The notes below the pieces were generated by a model, which made no database searches, was not told the origin of the DNA, and worked only from the letters and a program-made list of their open reading frames with translations. From a virus (lineage: Duplodnaviria; Caudoviricetes): DNA of 64,000 nucleotides. The position numbers and the translations under genes were made by a program. Shown one piece after another: positions 27,225 through 37,157 of this stretch. The stretch lies in IMG/VR virus record IMGVR_UViG_3300031414_000005, one strand, 5' to 3'. How positions within the stretch are numbered: the stretch's first letter is position 1; the number at the start of each line of letters is the position of its first letter.

Positions 27225-29315
27225 ATGGCGATTGATTACTTCAAAAAGAAAAACCAACACAGTGCAGAGTTGCTGGGTAACATCATTTGTTTGCACCCGT
27301 TCACCCAGAACACCTCTTCACCGCGTCTGGTTATGTTTTCCGGACACCTGATACAGCGTCTGTGTGTAAAAGGTGCAACCCCCCGCAAAATAAAGACGGG
27401 AATGGAGTATCAGTACGGCGAAGGCACATTCGACATTTCAGCCCCGTGCGACTTGCGGGTGTTGAAAGTCATCCCTAAGTTTACCCGTGGTTACGGTGAT
27501 GCCGGTATCCGCGAAAACCCAATGTGGTATGTGTTGTATGAAGATAAAGAGCGCCGCAACATCGGGGTGTTTGAAATCTCCAAGTATCACGTGATGAACC
27601 ACACGTTGGGGTTTGAGTACATCCGCAACCCGCGCACCTTTGAGCGGCTGTTCAATGAAACCAACCCCGAGTTCCAGGAAGGGGAATGGTTCTGTCGCAG
27701 TCCTGACCTGACCGAAACCGGCGACTGGAAATACGGTGTCGAACTGAACGTGGCGGCAATGTCGATTCCGGAGGTCGAGGAGGACGGCATGGTCATCACT
27801 GAGGAAGCAGCAGACATGCTGACCACCCTTGGGTTTGAAGACCGTATCGCTTCCTGGGACGGTAACAAGATCCCCCTGAATTTGTACGGTACTCCGGACC
27901 GGTATAAAGCGTTTCCTGAAGTCGGTGAGAAAATCCGTGATGACGGGGTACTGATGGCCTTGCGTCGTCTGGAACCGGGCATTGCCCTCACCAACATGAG
28001 TCCGGAAGCGTTGATGCAGATTGATCCCATCTTTGATGATGTGATCTATGCGGAGAAAAACGCCACGGTGGTAAACGTGACGGTGATGAGTGATCGGAAC
28101 CGGGATAAACGTTCGAAGTTCCAGTCGCAGAAACACACTGACCAGTTTGAGAAATACGCCAACGCCACAGCGGAGTTTGCGCGCGAACTGGCGGAGTTCT
28201 ATCATTACCACAAACGCCGCAACAATAACCAGGAACCACCGTTTACTCACCGCCTGAATTTCATGGTGGCGGATGCGTTGGCCGAACTGGGTGGGATTAA
28301 CTACAAATTCAAAAAGGATAACATCAAACGCACTCACCGCAAAAACGACATCGGTGAGTGGCGCGCCGTCTTTACTTATCGTCGTGTGTTAGTCCCGGGT
28401 GTGCGTAACAAGATCACTGATACCTCAGGCGGTAAAGGTGTTATTGTCAGCGTGATCCCAACCGCAGACGCCCCGGTGGATGCGTACGGTAACCGGGCCC
28501 ATGTCATCTGTCACAACATCGCGGAAATCAAACGTCTGATCTTTGGCCGTCCGATGGAGCAGTATTTCAACTTCATCAATGCCAGTGTCACACGTGAGAT
28601 CCAGGCGTATCGCAGTGTGGGTGATTATGAAATGGCAGCAGCTACCCTGATGCGGTTCTATGAGGCGGTGTCAGTGGATTTCTATCACTGGATGCTGGAA
28701 GACCTGGCTGACCCAGCACAGATGCGCGATCACATCGATCACATGTGTGAAGTAGGGTTTGCAGAGTTGATCATGCCAAGTGACCGTGAGATCTTTGGTG
28801 CTGAGCAGGTGCGTCGTGTCCGTAACGCATATCCCGATGTGAAACCAACCCCGGTGACTTATCGTGCTGCTAACGGTGAAATGACCACCACCCGTGAACC
28901 GGTGATGATCTCCAGTATCTACATGATGCTGTTGGAGAAAACCGGTGACTATTGGGCCGCGTGTTCGGTACCGAAGTTCAGTCACTTTGGTACACTGTCG
29001 ACATTGAGCTCCCATGACAAGTACGGTAGTCCTTATCGTATTCAGCCCATCAAAGGCATCGGCGAGGCGGAAACACGTCTGGCGCTGGCCGCAGTGGGAC
29101 CGGAGGGTACCGCCCGTATGAACCGACTGTCCAACAGTCCGGTGTTGTTACAGAACGCCCAACGGAAAATCATCCGTGCTGAAGACCCCATGGACATCGA
29201 TGACATCATCGGGCCAGAGGGCGCAACCGAATCCAGTCGCATGAAGAGCTTTGCTTTGCATATGCTGGAGAACGGTGGCAAAACCATCGTGGATAAAGAA
29301 ACGAAGAACAAGTGA
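27225..29315 (+). CDS. rpoB: Non-virion RNAP beta subunit, C-terminal part (phiKZ gp71-73-like)
   Basis: SSPR..M; G.N..VA; ED...I; KITD.SGGKGVI; Y.M.LEK; GEAETR. Confidence 0.9.
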   Translation: MAIDYFKKKNQHSAELLGNIICLHPFTQNTSSPRLVMFSGHLIQRLCVKGATPRKIKTGMEYQYGEGTFDISAPCDLRVLKVIPKFTRGYGDAGIRENPMWYVLYEDKERRNIGVFEISKYHVMNHTLGFEYIRNPRTFERLFNETNPEFQEGEWFCRSPDLTETGDWKYGVELNVAAMSIPEVEEDGMVITEEAADMLTTLGFEDRIASWDGNKIPLNLYGTPDRYKAFPEVGEKIRDDGVLMALRRLEPGIALTNMSPEALMQIDPIFDDVIYAEKNATVVNVTVMSDRNRDKRSKFQSQKHTDQFEKYANATAEFARELAEFYHYHKRRNNNQEPPFTHRLNFMVADALAELGGINYKFKKDNIKRTHRKNDIGEWRAVFTYRRVLVPGVRNKITDTSGGKGVIVSVIPTADAPVDAYGNRAHVICHNIAEIKRLIFGRPMEQYFNFINASVTREIQAYRSVGDYEMAAATLMRFYEAVSVDFYHWMLEDLADPAQMRDHIDHMCEVGFAELIMPSDREIFGAEQVRRVRNAYPDVKPTPVTYRAANGEMTTTREPVMISSIYMMLLEKTGDYWAACSVPKFSHFGTLSTLSSHDKYGSPYRIQPIKGIGEAETRLALAAVGPEGTARMNRLSNSPVLLQNAQRKIIRAEDPMDIDDIIGPEGATESSRMKSFALHMLENGGKTIVDKETKNK

Positions 29316-29329
29316 CCGAGGAACTTCCA

Positions 29330-31327
29330 ATGACCGAAGCTGTGGACAAATTACACGCCCGCCAATTGTTAACCCTGCCAAGTGCTCAGTTGTGGGCGAT
29401 GGACCGGGGCAACAACCAGACCGTTGAACTGGTCATGGACGATGGCAGCGTGACCACGGATATTCGCAGTGTGATCATCAGTCATTACGGCTGGGCATTG
29501 CACCGTGAGTATCCGGAAGTACCGTTACTGAAAGACCACATCGTGCCAAGCGGTTTTATCAGCGACCGTGATTTCCACAAAGCGATGAACTTCGTGCAGC
29601 AAACCATTGGTTACGGGCGGCACACCACCGCCCGGGAAATCCGCCACTGGAAAGACGTGGCACAGAACGTCCTGAATGATCTGTACAATGACACGGTGAT
29701 GAATCTGGGGGCGTATGTCACCACCACCGATGTGATGGACAACATCGACCTGATTGATGACCCGGTGATCAAGGAGATCCGCAGCAACCTGAAACCGACC
29801 TCGGATTCAATTGCCGATGCGTATCAACGCACACTGGAACGCCTGCTCGATCCCAACGCCCTGAAGACAAACCGTGTGGCCTGGCTGATCAAAGCTAAGT
29901 TGGTCAGTCCGGGGCAGTTGTTGCAGGGTATCGTGGCACGTGGGTTTGTGAAAGACCTGAACAAACAGATCTTCCCGAACGCCATCCTGGACGGCTACAT
30001 TGAAGGTATCGGGCAAATCCTCGACAGTTTGCAGGAATCACGTTCAGCTTCTTTTGCGGCGACTGCCAACGGCAAACCGCTGGAAGACTCCGAGTGGTTC
30101 CACCGCAAGATCCAGTTGGCCAGTGCGGTGATTCAGCGTTCCCACTTCAATACGGATTGTGGTAGCACCCGTGCGGTGCCGTATCGCATCCCGTCGAAAG
30201 GGGTATTGAATAACCTGCTGGGTAAGTATTACATCAACAGCCAGGGGCAGACATGCATCCTGACCGAAGAATCCAAAGGGTTGTTCAAACCAGGTGACGT
30301 GATTCGGTTACGCAGTCCGATGTTCTGTCAGCATCCTGATCCTTCAGGTGTCTGTGAGGCCTGTTTTGGTGCCCTGACGAAATCGATCCCGTACAACACA
30401 GAAACTGACCGGCAGGGTAACGTCGGCCATGCTTGTGCGGTGGAGATCATCAGTCGTATCTCACAAATGATGCTGTCCACCAAACACGAGGATGCTTCTT
30501 CTACAGCGTCTCAGTTTGAAATTCGTATGATCGATACCCCTTATATCGTGACCGGGCGAGAAGGTATTATCAAACTCAATCCCAAGCTCAAGGAGAAAAT
30601 CAAAGTCGAGATCCTGTTCCCAGGTTCGGTGAAAGCCTTCCTGTCTAACACCCTCGACGTGGAAGACCCGGAAATGCTGGACATGTCAAACATGGCCGGT
30701 ATCGAGTTTATCGACATCGTGGTGACGGAGAAAGACCCTATCACAGGAGATGAGGTACAAAGTTACAACAACGTTCAGGTGTCCATTGAATCTCGTCGTG
30801 CGATATTCACGAAAGAATTCATTGAACATGTGCGCAAGGTGAACTGGACGGTGCAGGTCGGTGATCGTATCTGTGTTGACCTCGATGCGTTTGATTTTAA
30901 TGATGAATTCCTGTCATTACCCTTTATGTATGAGGACATGATGGTTTATCAATCGAACGTGGAGAAGTTCCTGAAGTTCTCTGACCGCAATGATCGCTGG
31001 CTAGAAACGGAAGTCGACGAGGAGTTCGCTGGCCGTGTGCTGGAAGAATTCTTTGGTTTGTTGGTGAGCAAGATGAAAGACCTCAACATCGTCCATGCTG
31101 AGATCCTCCTCTACACCTGCATGTGTCGTGACCCGAACAGCCTGGACTTCCGATTGCCAAAAGCCCACGATTCGCACTATTTCCGCTCGTTTGAAAAGTG
31201 CATTGAATGGCGCAGTATCTCGGCACTCATGGCGTACCAGGGTCAGACACCGGTCTTTAAGAACCCAGCCACCTATCTCGTTCGTAACCGTCAACCTCAT
31301 CCGATGGACTCTCTCTGGAAGTCATAA
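29330..31327 (+). CDS. rpoC: Non-virion RNAP beta' subunit, C-terminal part (phiKZ gp74-like)
   Basis: TDCGS; LRSP..C...DP.GVC..CFG; Q.MLSTKH; GAGGA RBS before ATG 29330. Confidence 0.88.
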   Translation: MTEAVDKLHARQLLTLPSAQLWAMDRGNNQTVELVMDDGSVTTDIRSVIISHYGWALHREYPEVPLLKDHIVPSGFISDRDFHKAMNFVQQTIGYGRHTTAREIRHWKDVAQNVLNDLYNDTVMNLGAYVTTTDVMDNIDLIDDPVIKEIRSNLKPTSDSIADAYQRTLERLLDPNALKTNRVAWLIKAKLVSPGQLLQGIVARGFVKDLNKQIFPNAILDGYIEGIGQILDSLQESRSASFAATANGKPLEDSEWFHRKIQLASAVIQRSHFNTDCGSTRAVPYRIPSKGVLNNLLGKYYINSQGQTCILTEESKGLFKPGDVIRLRSPMFCQHPDPSGVCEACFGALTKSIPYNTETDRQGNVGHACAVEIISRISQMMLSTKHEDASSTASQFEIRMIDTPYIVTGREGIIKLNPKLKEKIKVEILFPGSVKAFLSNTLDVEDPEMLDMSNMAGIEFIDIVVTEKDPITGDEVQSYNNVQVSIESRRAIFTKEFIEHVRKVNWTVQVGDRICVDLDAFDFNDEFLSLPFMYEDMMVYQSNVEKFLKFSDRNDRWLETEVDEEFAGRVLEEFFGLLVSKMKDLNIVHAEILLYTCMCRDPNSLDFRLPKAHDSHYFRSFEKCIEWRSISALMAYQGQTPVFKNPATYLVRNRQPHPMDSLWKS

Positions 31328-31348
31328 TCCGTTAAAGGTTGAATCGTC

Positions 31349-32872
31349 ATGAGACGTACCGCAAAAATAGAAGTGGGTACGCAGTCAATGCGCATCTACG
31401 ACTACAACGACGAATTCTACTATCACGTTCGTCGGTTTTTAAGCAAGGAGTTGTCAAAGCATGAGTTAGTCCCGGTTGAACGTAGTAACAAAATGGAAAA
31501 GAAGATCACGGCTGTGTTCGCATCCAAAACGAAAGACAACCGTGAACTTCGTATTACAGTGAATGTCATGAAGGAGTTCCTTGCGTTCATGCGCTATGCC
31601 GGGTACAACCCGTCGCGTATTGAAGTAGTGGAACTCCCGATCAGTCCGGGGGTGAATGTCAACTTTGCTTTCAAGGAACCGTGGGGCGACCCACAGGAAC
31701 ACCAAGTTCCCTGGGTGCAATACCAGAACGCCCCCGGCTCGATCAAGATCAACACACTCCAGACCGGTAAAGGGAAAACCTTCTGCGCCTTAAAGACCAT
31801 GGTCGACATGGGGAAACGCACCATCATTACGCTCTCACCGAAATACTTGCAGACGTGGCTCAATGCGTTTGACAAGTTCTTTGATTTCGAAATGGGGGAC
31901 GTGGTGATTGTGCAGGGCACGGAGGGGGTGATCAAAACCCTGGGGTTAATCGAGCAGGGGAAAATCAATCCCAAGATCATCGTACTGTCTCTTCAGACGT
32001 TACAGTTCTTCATGAAGGCCTATGAACACCTGGAAGAGTTGCCGTACAACGTCGACGACATGTGGCGGATCTTTGACTGTGGTTTGCGTATTCAGGACGA
32101 AGGGCACGAAGCCATTCATGCGATCTATAAGACGCTGATGTACGGTAACGTGGCCAAGACCTTGATACTCTCTGCCACACTGGAAGGGGACACGCAGTTC
32201 ATTAACCGTATCTATGAACTGACCTACCCGATGAAAGACCGGTTCTCCGGTACGGGCTACGACAAGTACATTGAGGCGATCGCCTATCTGTACGGCATGG
32301 ACTGTCAAGCCAACCAGGTGAAGTGGAAAGGACGCATGGGGTATTCGCACATCAAGCTGGAGCAATCCATCCTGAAGCGTAAGGATACCTTGGAACGTTA
32401 CCTGGAGTTAATCGATAGCGCATTGAAGTATTACTACCTGAAAGTCAGAGAACCCGGCATGAAATGCCTGATCTTTTGCTCCACGGTGGAGATGTGTTTG
32501 GTGTTAACGATGTACCTGAAAAACCGGTATCCACAGCTGCACATCGATAAGTACACTTCGATTGATCCGCCCGAGAACTACATGGATCCGGACATCGTAT
32601 GTTCTACGCCGAAATCTTGCGGTACCGGGGTGGATATCCCGGGGTTACGGACCACGTTGACGCCGGTCGCGGTGGGTGCCAGCCAGTTGAATAATCAGAT
32701 GTTGGGTCGTCTGCGCAAAATGTCCGGTCCCTGGGCAGGCGTGACACCGACCTTTGTTTACTTCGTCTGCGAAGACATCAAACCGCACGTCCAGTATCAT
32801 CGGAAACGTATGGAGATTTTCGAGAACAAAACAGTCTCAATGAAAACGGTGCGTAGCGGTGTGTCCTTTTGA
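31349..32872 (+). CDS. SF2 DExH helicase (phiKZ gp75-like)
   Basis: Walker A TGKGKT, DEGH, LSAT, GTGVDIPGL and Q.LGRLR. Confidence 0.9.
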   Translation: MRRTAKIEVGTQSMRIYDYNDEFYYHVRRFLSKELSKHELVPVERSNKMEKKITAVFASKTKDNRELRITVNVMKEFLAFMRYAGYNPSRIEVVELPISPGVNVNFAFKEPWGDPQEHQVPWVQYQNAPGSIKINTLQTGKGKTFCALKTMVDMGKRTIITLSPKYLQTWLNAFDKFFDFEMGDVVIVQGTEGVIKTLGLIEQGKINPKIIVLSLQTLQFFMKAYEHLEELPYNVDDMWRIFDCGLRIQDEGHEAIHAIYKTLMYGNVAKTLILSATLEGDTQFINRIYELTYPMKDRFSGTGYDKYIEAIAYLYGMDCQANQVKWKGRMGYSHIKLEQSILKRKDTLERYLELIDSALKYYYLKVREPGMKCLIFCSTVEMCLVLTMYLKNRYPQLHIDKYTSIDPPENYMDPDIVCSTPKSCGTGVDIPGLRTTLTPVAVGASQLNNQMLGRLRKMSGPWAGVTPTFVYFVCEDIKPHVQYHRKRMEIFENKTVSMKTVRSGVSF

Positions 32873-32954
32873 GTAAAAGGTAAGACACCTGATTACCCCA
32901 GTATCCGGGGGCGGCAACGCCCCCAACTCGCTGACTCTTGTCTAAAGGACAATT

Positions 32955-33638
32955 ATGAAAAACCATGTGATGACCGCGTTGTTAATTGCCGGTCTGTTCT
33001 TTGCTAACCTCGCTTTTGGTGGTGAGCAATTTGTTACTCCCCCTTCGCTTACTCAGGAAGATGTGGCGGCCCTTAATCCCCAACCTTCGGCGGAAGCCAC
33101 GGAACTGGTCCAGCGTCTGCGTGACCGTGATGTGGAATTCGTGACGGCCGATAACCGACTCCCTACCAGTGAGATCATCCCTGCGGAAGAGGTGGTCAGG
33201 CTGTCTCAGGCGAACCCTAACCAACCGGTCCAACGGGGCCAGGCGGTGAACAATAACAAGGAACAAAAGGTCGGTAACTGGACGGTGACCCACACCAATG
33301 AATCCAGTCTCTACACCATCAGAAACAGTAACGGCGATTCGCTGGCTTTGATCTGTAAGGACGGAGTGCTACTCTCCACCGCCCGATTGGGACGGAAGAC
33401 TTATCAGTCAGGTAATCCGCAACAACAAATCGTGGTCCAGTTTAACAACGACCCTGACCGGGTATTGTTGCAATCGGATTGGGAGCAGTCACCCAAGATT
33501 CTGTGGATCGCGTTTCGTATCAACACTGTCTTTAGCATTTCCAGCCTGGATGACCCGGCACAATACAAGTTTGACAACGTTGGTGGCCGTCGTGTTGCCA
33601 GCCTGGCGCAAGCCGACCCCGAATGTATTCAGCAATAA
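32955..33638 (+). CDS. Secreted/periplasmic hypothetical protein
   Basis: Signal-peptide-like MKNHVMTALLIAGLFFANLAFG; beta-rich C-terminal domain with 2 Cys. Confidence 0.7.
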   Translation: MKNHVMTALLIAGLFFANLAFGGEQFVTPPSLTQEDVAALNPQPSAEATELVQRLRDRDVEFVTADNRLPTSEIIPAEEVVRLSQANPNQPVQRGQAVNNNKEQKVGNWTVTHTNESSLYTIRNSNGDSLALICKDGVLLSTARLGRKTYQSGNPQQQIVVQFNNDPDRVLLQSDWEQSPKILWIAFRINTVFSISSLDDPAQYKFDNVGGRRVASLAQADPECIQQ

Positions 33639-33640
33639 AC

Positions 33641-33665
33641 AGAGGCCTCCTTGCGGGGGCCTCTT
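33641..33665 (+). terminator. Intrinsic terminator
   Basis: AGAGGCCTCC-TTGC-GGGGGCCTCT. Confidence 0.7.
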
Positions 33666-33739
33666 CAAGCGACTCGACAGGGTGATGTAAAAACGTGCGA
33701 ATTAAAGTAATCCTAGTAGATTCCAAAGGTACTGCTACG

Positions 33740-33826
33740 GTGCAGCAGGAAACCCCGAAGCGCGTCAGTGAAATGTCTGATGCGGAATTTATTAAACTGT
33801 TAAATAAAGAAAAGGCCTTGGCGTAA
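33740..33826 (+). CDS. Possible 28-aa micro-protein (not in the ORF track)
   Basis: GTG start 9 nt after AAAGGT; (M)QQETPKRVSEMSDAEFIKLLNKEKALA; stop 2 nt before the next ATG. Confidence 0.45.
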   Translation: MQQETPKRVSEMSDAEFIKLLNKEKALA

Positions 33827-33828
33827 TT

Positions 33829-34164
33829 ATGTCAATGATCCTCGATACCGAAAACGTGATATGGCCACGTAACCTGCAAGAGTACTACAACGACCAGTTC
33901 AGTTTCTTGGCAGCGTTCGTGGAATGGTACCCCCAATCCACTGTGGATCACGTTTACGAACACATTGAAATTTTGGGTATCGATCCAGAATCATGCGACA
34001 ACGCATACAGCAGCATCATGCAGCTGTTTGATGACTTCATGGAAATGAATCCGACCTTCGTCGGCATTCTTGTGCCCTCTTTCAAGATTCTCAACCTTGA
34101 TAGTGAAAACTATCGGGAAAGTCAACGGGGTGACCTCGAATGGGTGTTACTCGATTACCAATAA
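33829..34164 (+). CDS. Hypothetical protein, paralog of 2451..2858
   Basis: ILDTENVIWPRNLQEYY...FLAAFVEWY versus VIDTQSYIYPDNLYRYF...FLTLFAEWF. Confidence 0.75.
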   Translation: MSMILDTENVIWPRNLQEYYNDQFSFLAAFVEWYPQSTVDHVYEHIEILGIDPESCDNAYSSIMQLFDDFMEMNPTFVGILVPSFKILNLDSENYRESQRGDLEWVLLDYQ

Positions 34165-34173
34165 GGTGTCATT

Positions 34174-34902
34174 ATGCAAGACTTCGTAAAACCTGCCGAC
34201 TTACCGCCCGTGCTGACGGCCTCGCCCGAGTTCCTGAGCAAGGTGATCAACCTGGTGGCCAACCTCCGCCCGGCTGATCGTCTGTCGCGTTACAAAATCA
34301 TCATCGACTGTGAAACCCTGTCACTGGCGAACAACGCGGCGATCCTGCAAGTCGGCGCGGTGCTGATCGACCTGTATGCGGACGAGTTTGCGATCATCGA
34401 CCGTTTCGTCATGAACGTCGACCCGAAAGAACAGATCGAGTCTGGCAAGTTCAATGTGAACCAACAGACCGAAATCTGGTGGGAAGCGCGACCGGATGAT
34501 GTCAAAGCCTCGGTGTTCTCCAATCAGGTCAGCATCAAAGTGGTGATGGCGGCCCTGATTGATAAAGTCAATGAGTGGATGGCGCGTGACACCGAAGCCC
34601 AGGTGAAGATCTATCACCGTGGCTACGACTTTGACGGTCCGATTCTGCGCAATGCCTGCCGCTACATTGGTGCTATGCCGCTGATGAAGTTTAACCGCCT
34701 GGGCTGTGTGCGCAACTTTATCAACGAACGCATGGGGTTAAGCTGCGGCTTTATTCCGGGGGTGGGTCCGATTGATGAACGCCGTCACAACGCGCTGGCG
34801 GATTGCACCAATGACGCCTACCAGATGTGGCTGGCGGAAAAGATTCAGGCCCGCACCATGGGCGCTAAAATCACCCACGACCTGAACATCCAGGATTTCT
34901 AA
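34174..34902 (+). CDS. DEDDh 3'-5' exonuclease (Rv2179c-like exoribonuclease family)
   Basis: IDCETL, RGYDFDGPIL and HNALADC motifs. Confidence 0.85.
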   Translation: MQDFVKPADLPPVLTASPEFLSKVINLVANLRPADRLSRYKIIIDCETLSLANNAAILQVGAVLIDLYADEFAIIDRFVMNVDPKEQIESGKFNVNQQTEIWWEARPDDVKASVFSNQVSIKVVMAALIDKVNEWMARDTEAQVKIYHRGYDFDGPILRNACRYIGAMPLMKFNRLGCVRNFINERMGLSCGFIPGVGPIDERRHNALADCTNDAYQMWLAEKIQARTMGAKITHDLNIQDF

Positions 34903-34908
34903 CCCACA

Positions 34909-34937
34909 GGGGAGTTGCTGCGGCAGCTCTCCTTTTT
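34909..34937 (+). terminator. Intrinsic terminator
   Basis: GGGGAGTTGC-TGCG-GCAGCTCTCC followed by T5. Confidence 0.8.
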
Positions 34938-34951
34938 AAGGAGAAACACCA

Positions 34952-35614
34952 ATGAGTAAATCCATGGCCGTCAATGATTTGGCCGCATGGCTACGGCAGG
35001 TTGCGAACAACGAAGGAGAGAGCCGTCAACAGCTCTGGGAGCTCACGGAAGCAATCCCTGTGCTCAATGGGTTGGACCTGCATGTCAACTCGTTACAGCG
35101 CTTCCAGCGTAAGTTGGCTGAACACCCCGAGAAAGCGTTTATTCGCTACGATCTACCGGACTACCACGAACTGTTCCGTAAACAACACGATGCCCCGGAT
35201 GGGATGGACTACAGCAACGATACCACCGCGGCATTGATCCGCATGACGTTAGCCACGGTGTTTACCCGGGCGACCATCGGACAGGCTGCCAGTGCGCCAG
35301 TGCAGATTGTGGCCTCGATGCCGGACTACTTTAATTACGACCAGTTGGCCAACGTCCGGAACAGTTACTACATGTATCACTGGCATGTCATGCGCGGTGC
35401 GGTGAAAGATTGGCACCGTTATGAAGGGGTGTTCTTAAAGGACATCAAACGGTTGATCCAGGTGCGCAACGGCGAACGCACCCCAAGGACGATGGATGAG
35501 CAGGTGATGTGGGATGTGGACTTGTTCTACTGTCATTACCTGCGCCGCAATCCCGCCTGGGATGGCCGGGCCCCCTTTACCGCATTGGGTAAAGCGATCT
35601 TGCAATTAGAGTAG
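34952..35614 (+). CDS. Hypothetical protein
   Basis: 220 aa, AAGGAG RBS. Confidence 0.8.
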   Translation: MSKSMAVNDLAAWLRQVANNEGESRQQLWELTEAIPVLNGLDLHVNSLQRFQRKLAEHPEKAFIRYDLPDYHELFRKQHDAPDGMDYSNDTTAALIRMTLATVFTRATIGQAASAPVQIVASMPDYFNYDQLANVRNSYYMYHWHVMRGAVKDWHRYEGVFLKDIKRLIQVRNGERTPRTMDEQVMWDVDLFYCHYLRRNPAWDGRAPFTALGKAILQLE

Positions 35615-35626
35615 AGGTATCTCGCC

Positions 35627-36220
35627 ATGTCGAGAAACAGCTTGATTCCAAAGGAGTTATCGACAGGGTTGTTGCGGTTGTACCGGAAACCCACCGGGAA
35701 TAATGATTTACGGGATGCGTTGGAATACCGGGTCAACATGAACGTGTACTCCAAATCCGAGAAACGGTTTGTGGTACCGATGCCACGTATCCACAATCAT
35801 AAACATTACTTGCACACTATCCGGGCGACGCGTCAAGAGGCGGTCGCCTGGTTAGAGCAGTTTTACATTGATGTCTTGCGGCAACAGGCAGAAATCCCGG
35901 AAGCAGCTTTGGCTTATTTACGGGAGCAACTCAAACTCTCTTCCAATGATCACATTATCACCCATTGCCTGGTTTACCGTGGGTACGTCCAGGTCACTTA
36001 CATTGATGTTCGCAAAGCCAAGCGTAAAAAGGCCAAGGTCTTTAAAACCCGGCTGCCTGGCGAGATCAATTTGATCACCCGAAAGATGGCGATGTTTAAT
36101 GCCAAATGTTTTGGGTATGAATTAATGCTGGAAGACTTTATCCCGTTGAGTGGCGATACCACTTTCATTTTGGATGAGGCTCATCTGGTTTATTACAGTG
36201 ATTGTTTCTTCGTCATGTAA
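35627..36220 (+). CDS. Basic hypothetical protein (possible AP2-like DNA-binding repeats)
   Basis: 197 aa, GAGGT RBS; K/R-rich beta-strand-plus-helix segments. Confidence 0.65.
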   Translation: MSRNSLIPKELSTGLLRLYRKPTGNNDLRDALEYRVNMNVYSKSEKRFVVPMPRIHNHKHYLHTIRATRQEAVAWLEQFYIDVLRQQAEIPEAALAYLREQLKLSSNDHIITHCLVYRGYVQVTYIDVRKAKRKKAKVFKTRLPGEINLITRKMAMFNAKCFGYELMLEDFIPLSGDTTFILDEAHLVYYSDCFFVM

Positions 36221-36359
36221 ACTTGTAGATACGGTAGCATGGTATAGAGTGAACCCTCTCCCTCTATATAACTCTGTTTACTAAGCGAGCTAACGCTAAC
36301 GTGAACAAAGACCGTAGGTCTATGATGCTTATATGAAATTAAACATTATAGAGGTCATT

Positions 36360-36683
36360 ATGATACAAGGTGAATTAATCATTGATCTGAGTCATTTAAC
36401 CAGTCGTTATGGTGATCGTTTAATGACCCGTGATGGCCACAACTATTTCTCCCGTTTCCAGTGCTCTATCAGTATTCAAGAAAACCAGTTGGCTAAAGAA
36501 CTCGACAAGTTAGCCAATCTGATCTATTCCATTAAATACACCGGTGTACGTGCGGTACGTTTAGGTAAAGAGATCCAGGAGATTGTGGAGTCCCTCCGCT
36601 GCACCTCTTCCCCTGAGTCGTTAATTGGGTGTGCTCGCGCACTCAACCGCACCAGCACCTACTTCAAAATTGATATTAAGTGA
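36360..36683 (+). CDS. Hypothetical protein
   Basis: ATG 36360 with GAGGT RBS; LIIDL motif. Confidence 0.7.
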   Translation: MIQGELIIDLSHLTSRYGDRLMTRDGHNYFSRFQCSISIQENQLAKELDKLANLIYSIKYTGVRAVRLGKEIQEIVESLRCTSSPESLIGCARALNRTSTYFKIDIK

Positions 36684-36690
36684 GATTCCA

Positions 36691-37128
36691 ATGCCCAATA
36701 ACAATTCCCACGATTTCGGCTTCAGCTATTTAAAACCTGTGTATTACGGTACGCAAACTGGTGTGCTGGAAGGTAACCCGGTGGGTATCCAGGTCACCTT
36801 GCACGGCATGGCACTGATCGCAGCCAACAGCCCGTATGGCAGCAATGAGCTGACCGTGCGCTTTGAAGAGAGTCAGCGGCCGTTGAGTAAGGTCCTGTCG
36901 GTACTGGAGAACATCATCACCAGTGTGGAAAGTATCTACGACAACAACGAGCCGGACTGTAAAGATCTGAGCGGGTTTACCTATCGTCTGATCAAGCAGC
37001 TGGGGATCAATGTCAATGAGTTCATCAATGACAACAAAACCTACAGCCTCCACGATGTCGAACAGATCATTGAAAGCTTCCCGGTCAACCTGATCAAGGT
37101 CACAGTGATTGCACCTGTTGCACATTAA
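36691..37128 (+). CDS. Hypothetical protein
   Basis: 145 aa from ATG 36691. Confidence 0.75.
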   Translation: MPNNNSHDFGFSYLKPVYYGTQTGVLEGNPVGIQVTLHGMALIAANSPYGSNELTVRFEESQRPLSKVLSVLENIITSVESIYDNNEPDCKDLSGFTYRLIKQLGINVNEFINDNKTYSLHDVEQIIESFPVNLIKVTVIAPVAH

Positions 37129-37136
37129 TATCCCTC

Positions 37137-37157
37137 AGGAGGCTTCGGCCTCCTTTT
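37137..37157 (+). terminator. Intrinsic terminator
   Basis: AGGAGGC-TTCG-GCCTCCT followed by T run. Confidence 0.85.

Noticed and set aside
14842-31327. Group I introns, inteins or homing endonucleases in the RNAP, helicase or polymerase genes
   Set aside because: The ORFs are continuous and of expected size, with no C/S...HN intein ends, LAGLIDADG or HNH motifs seen.
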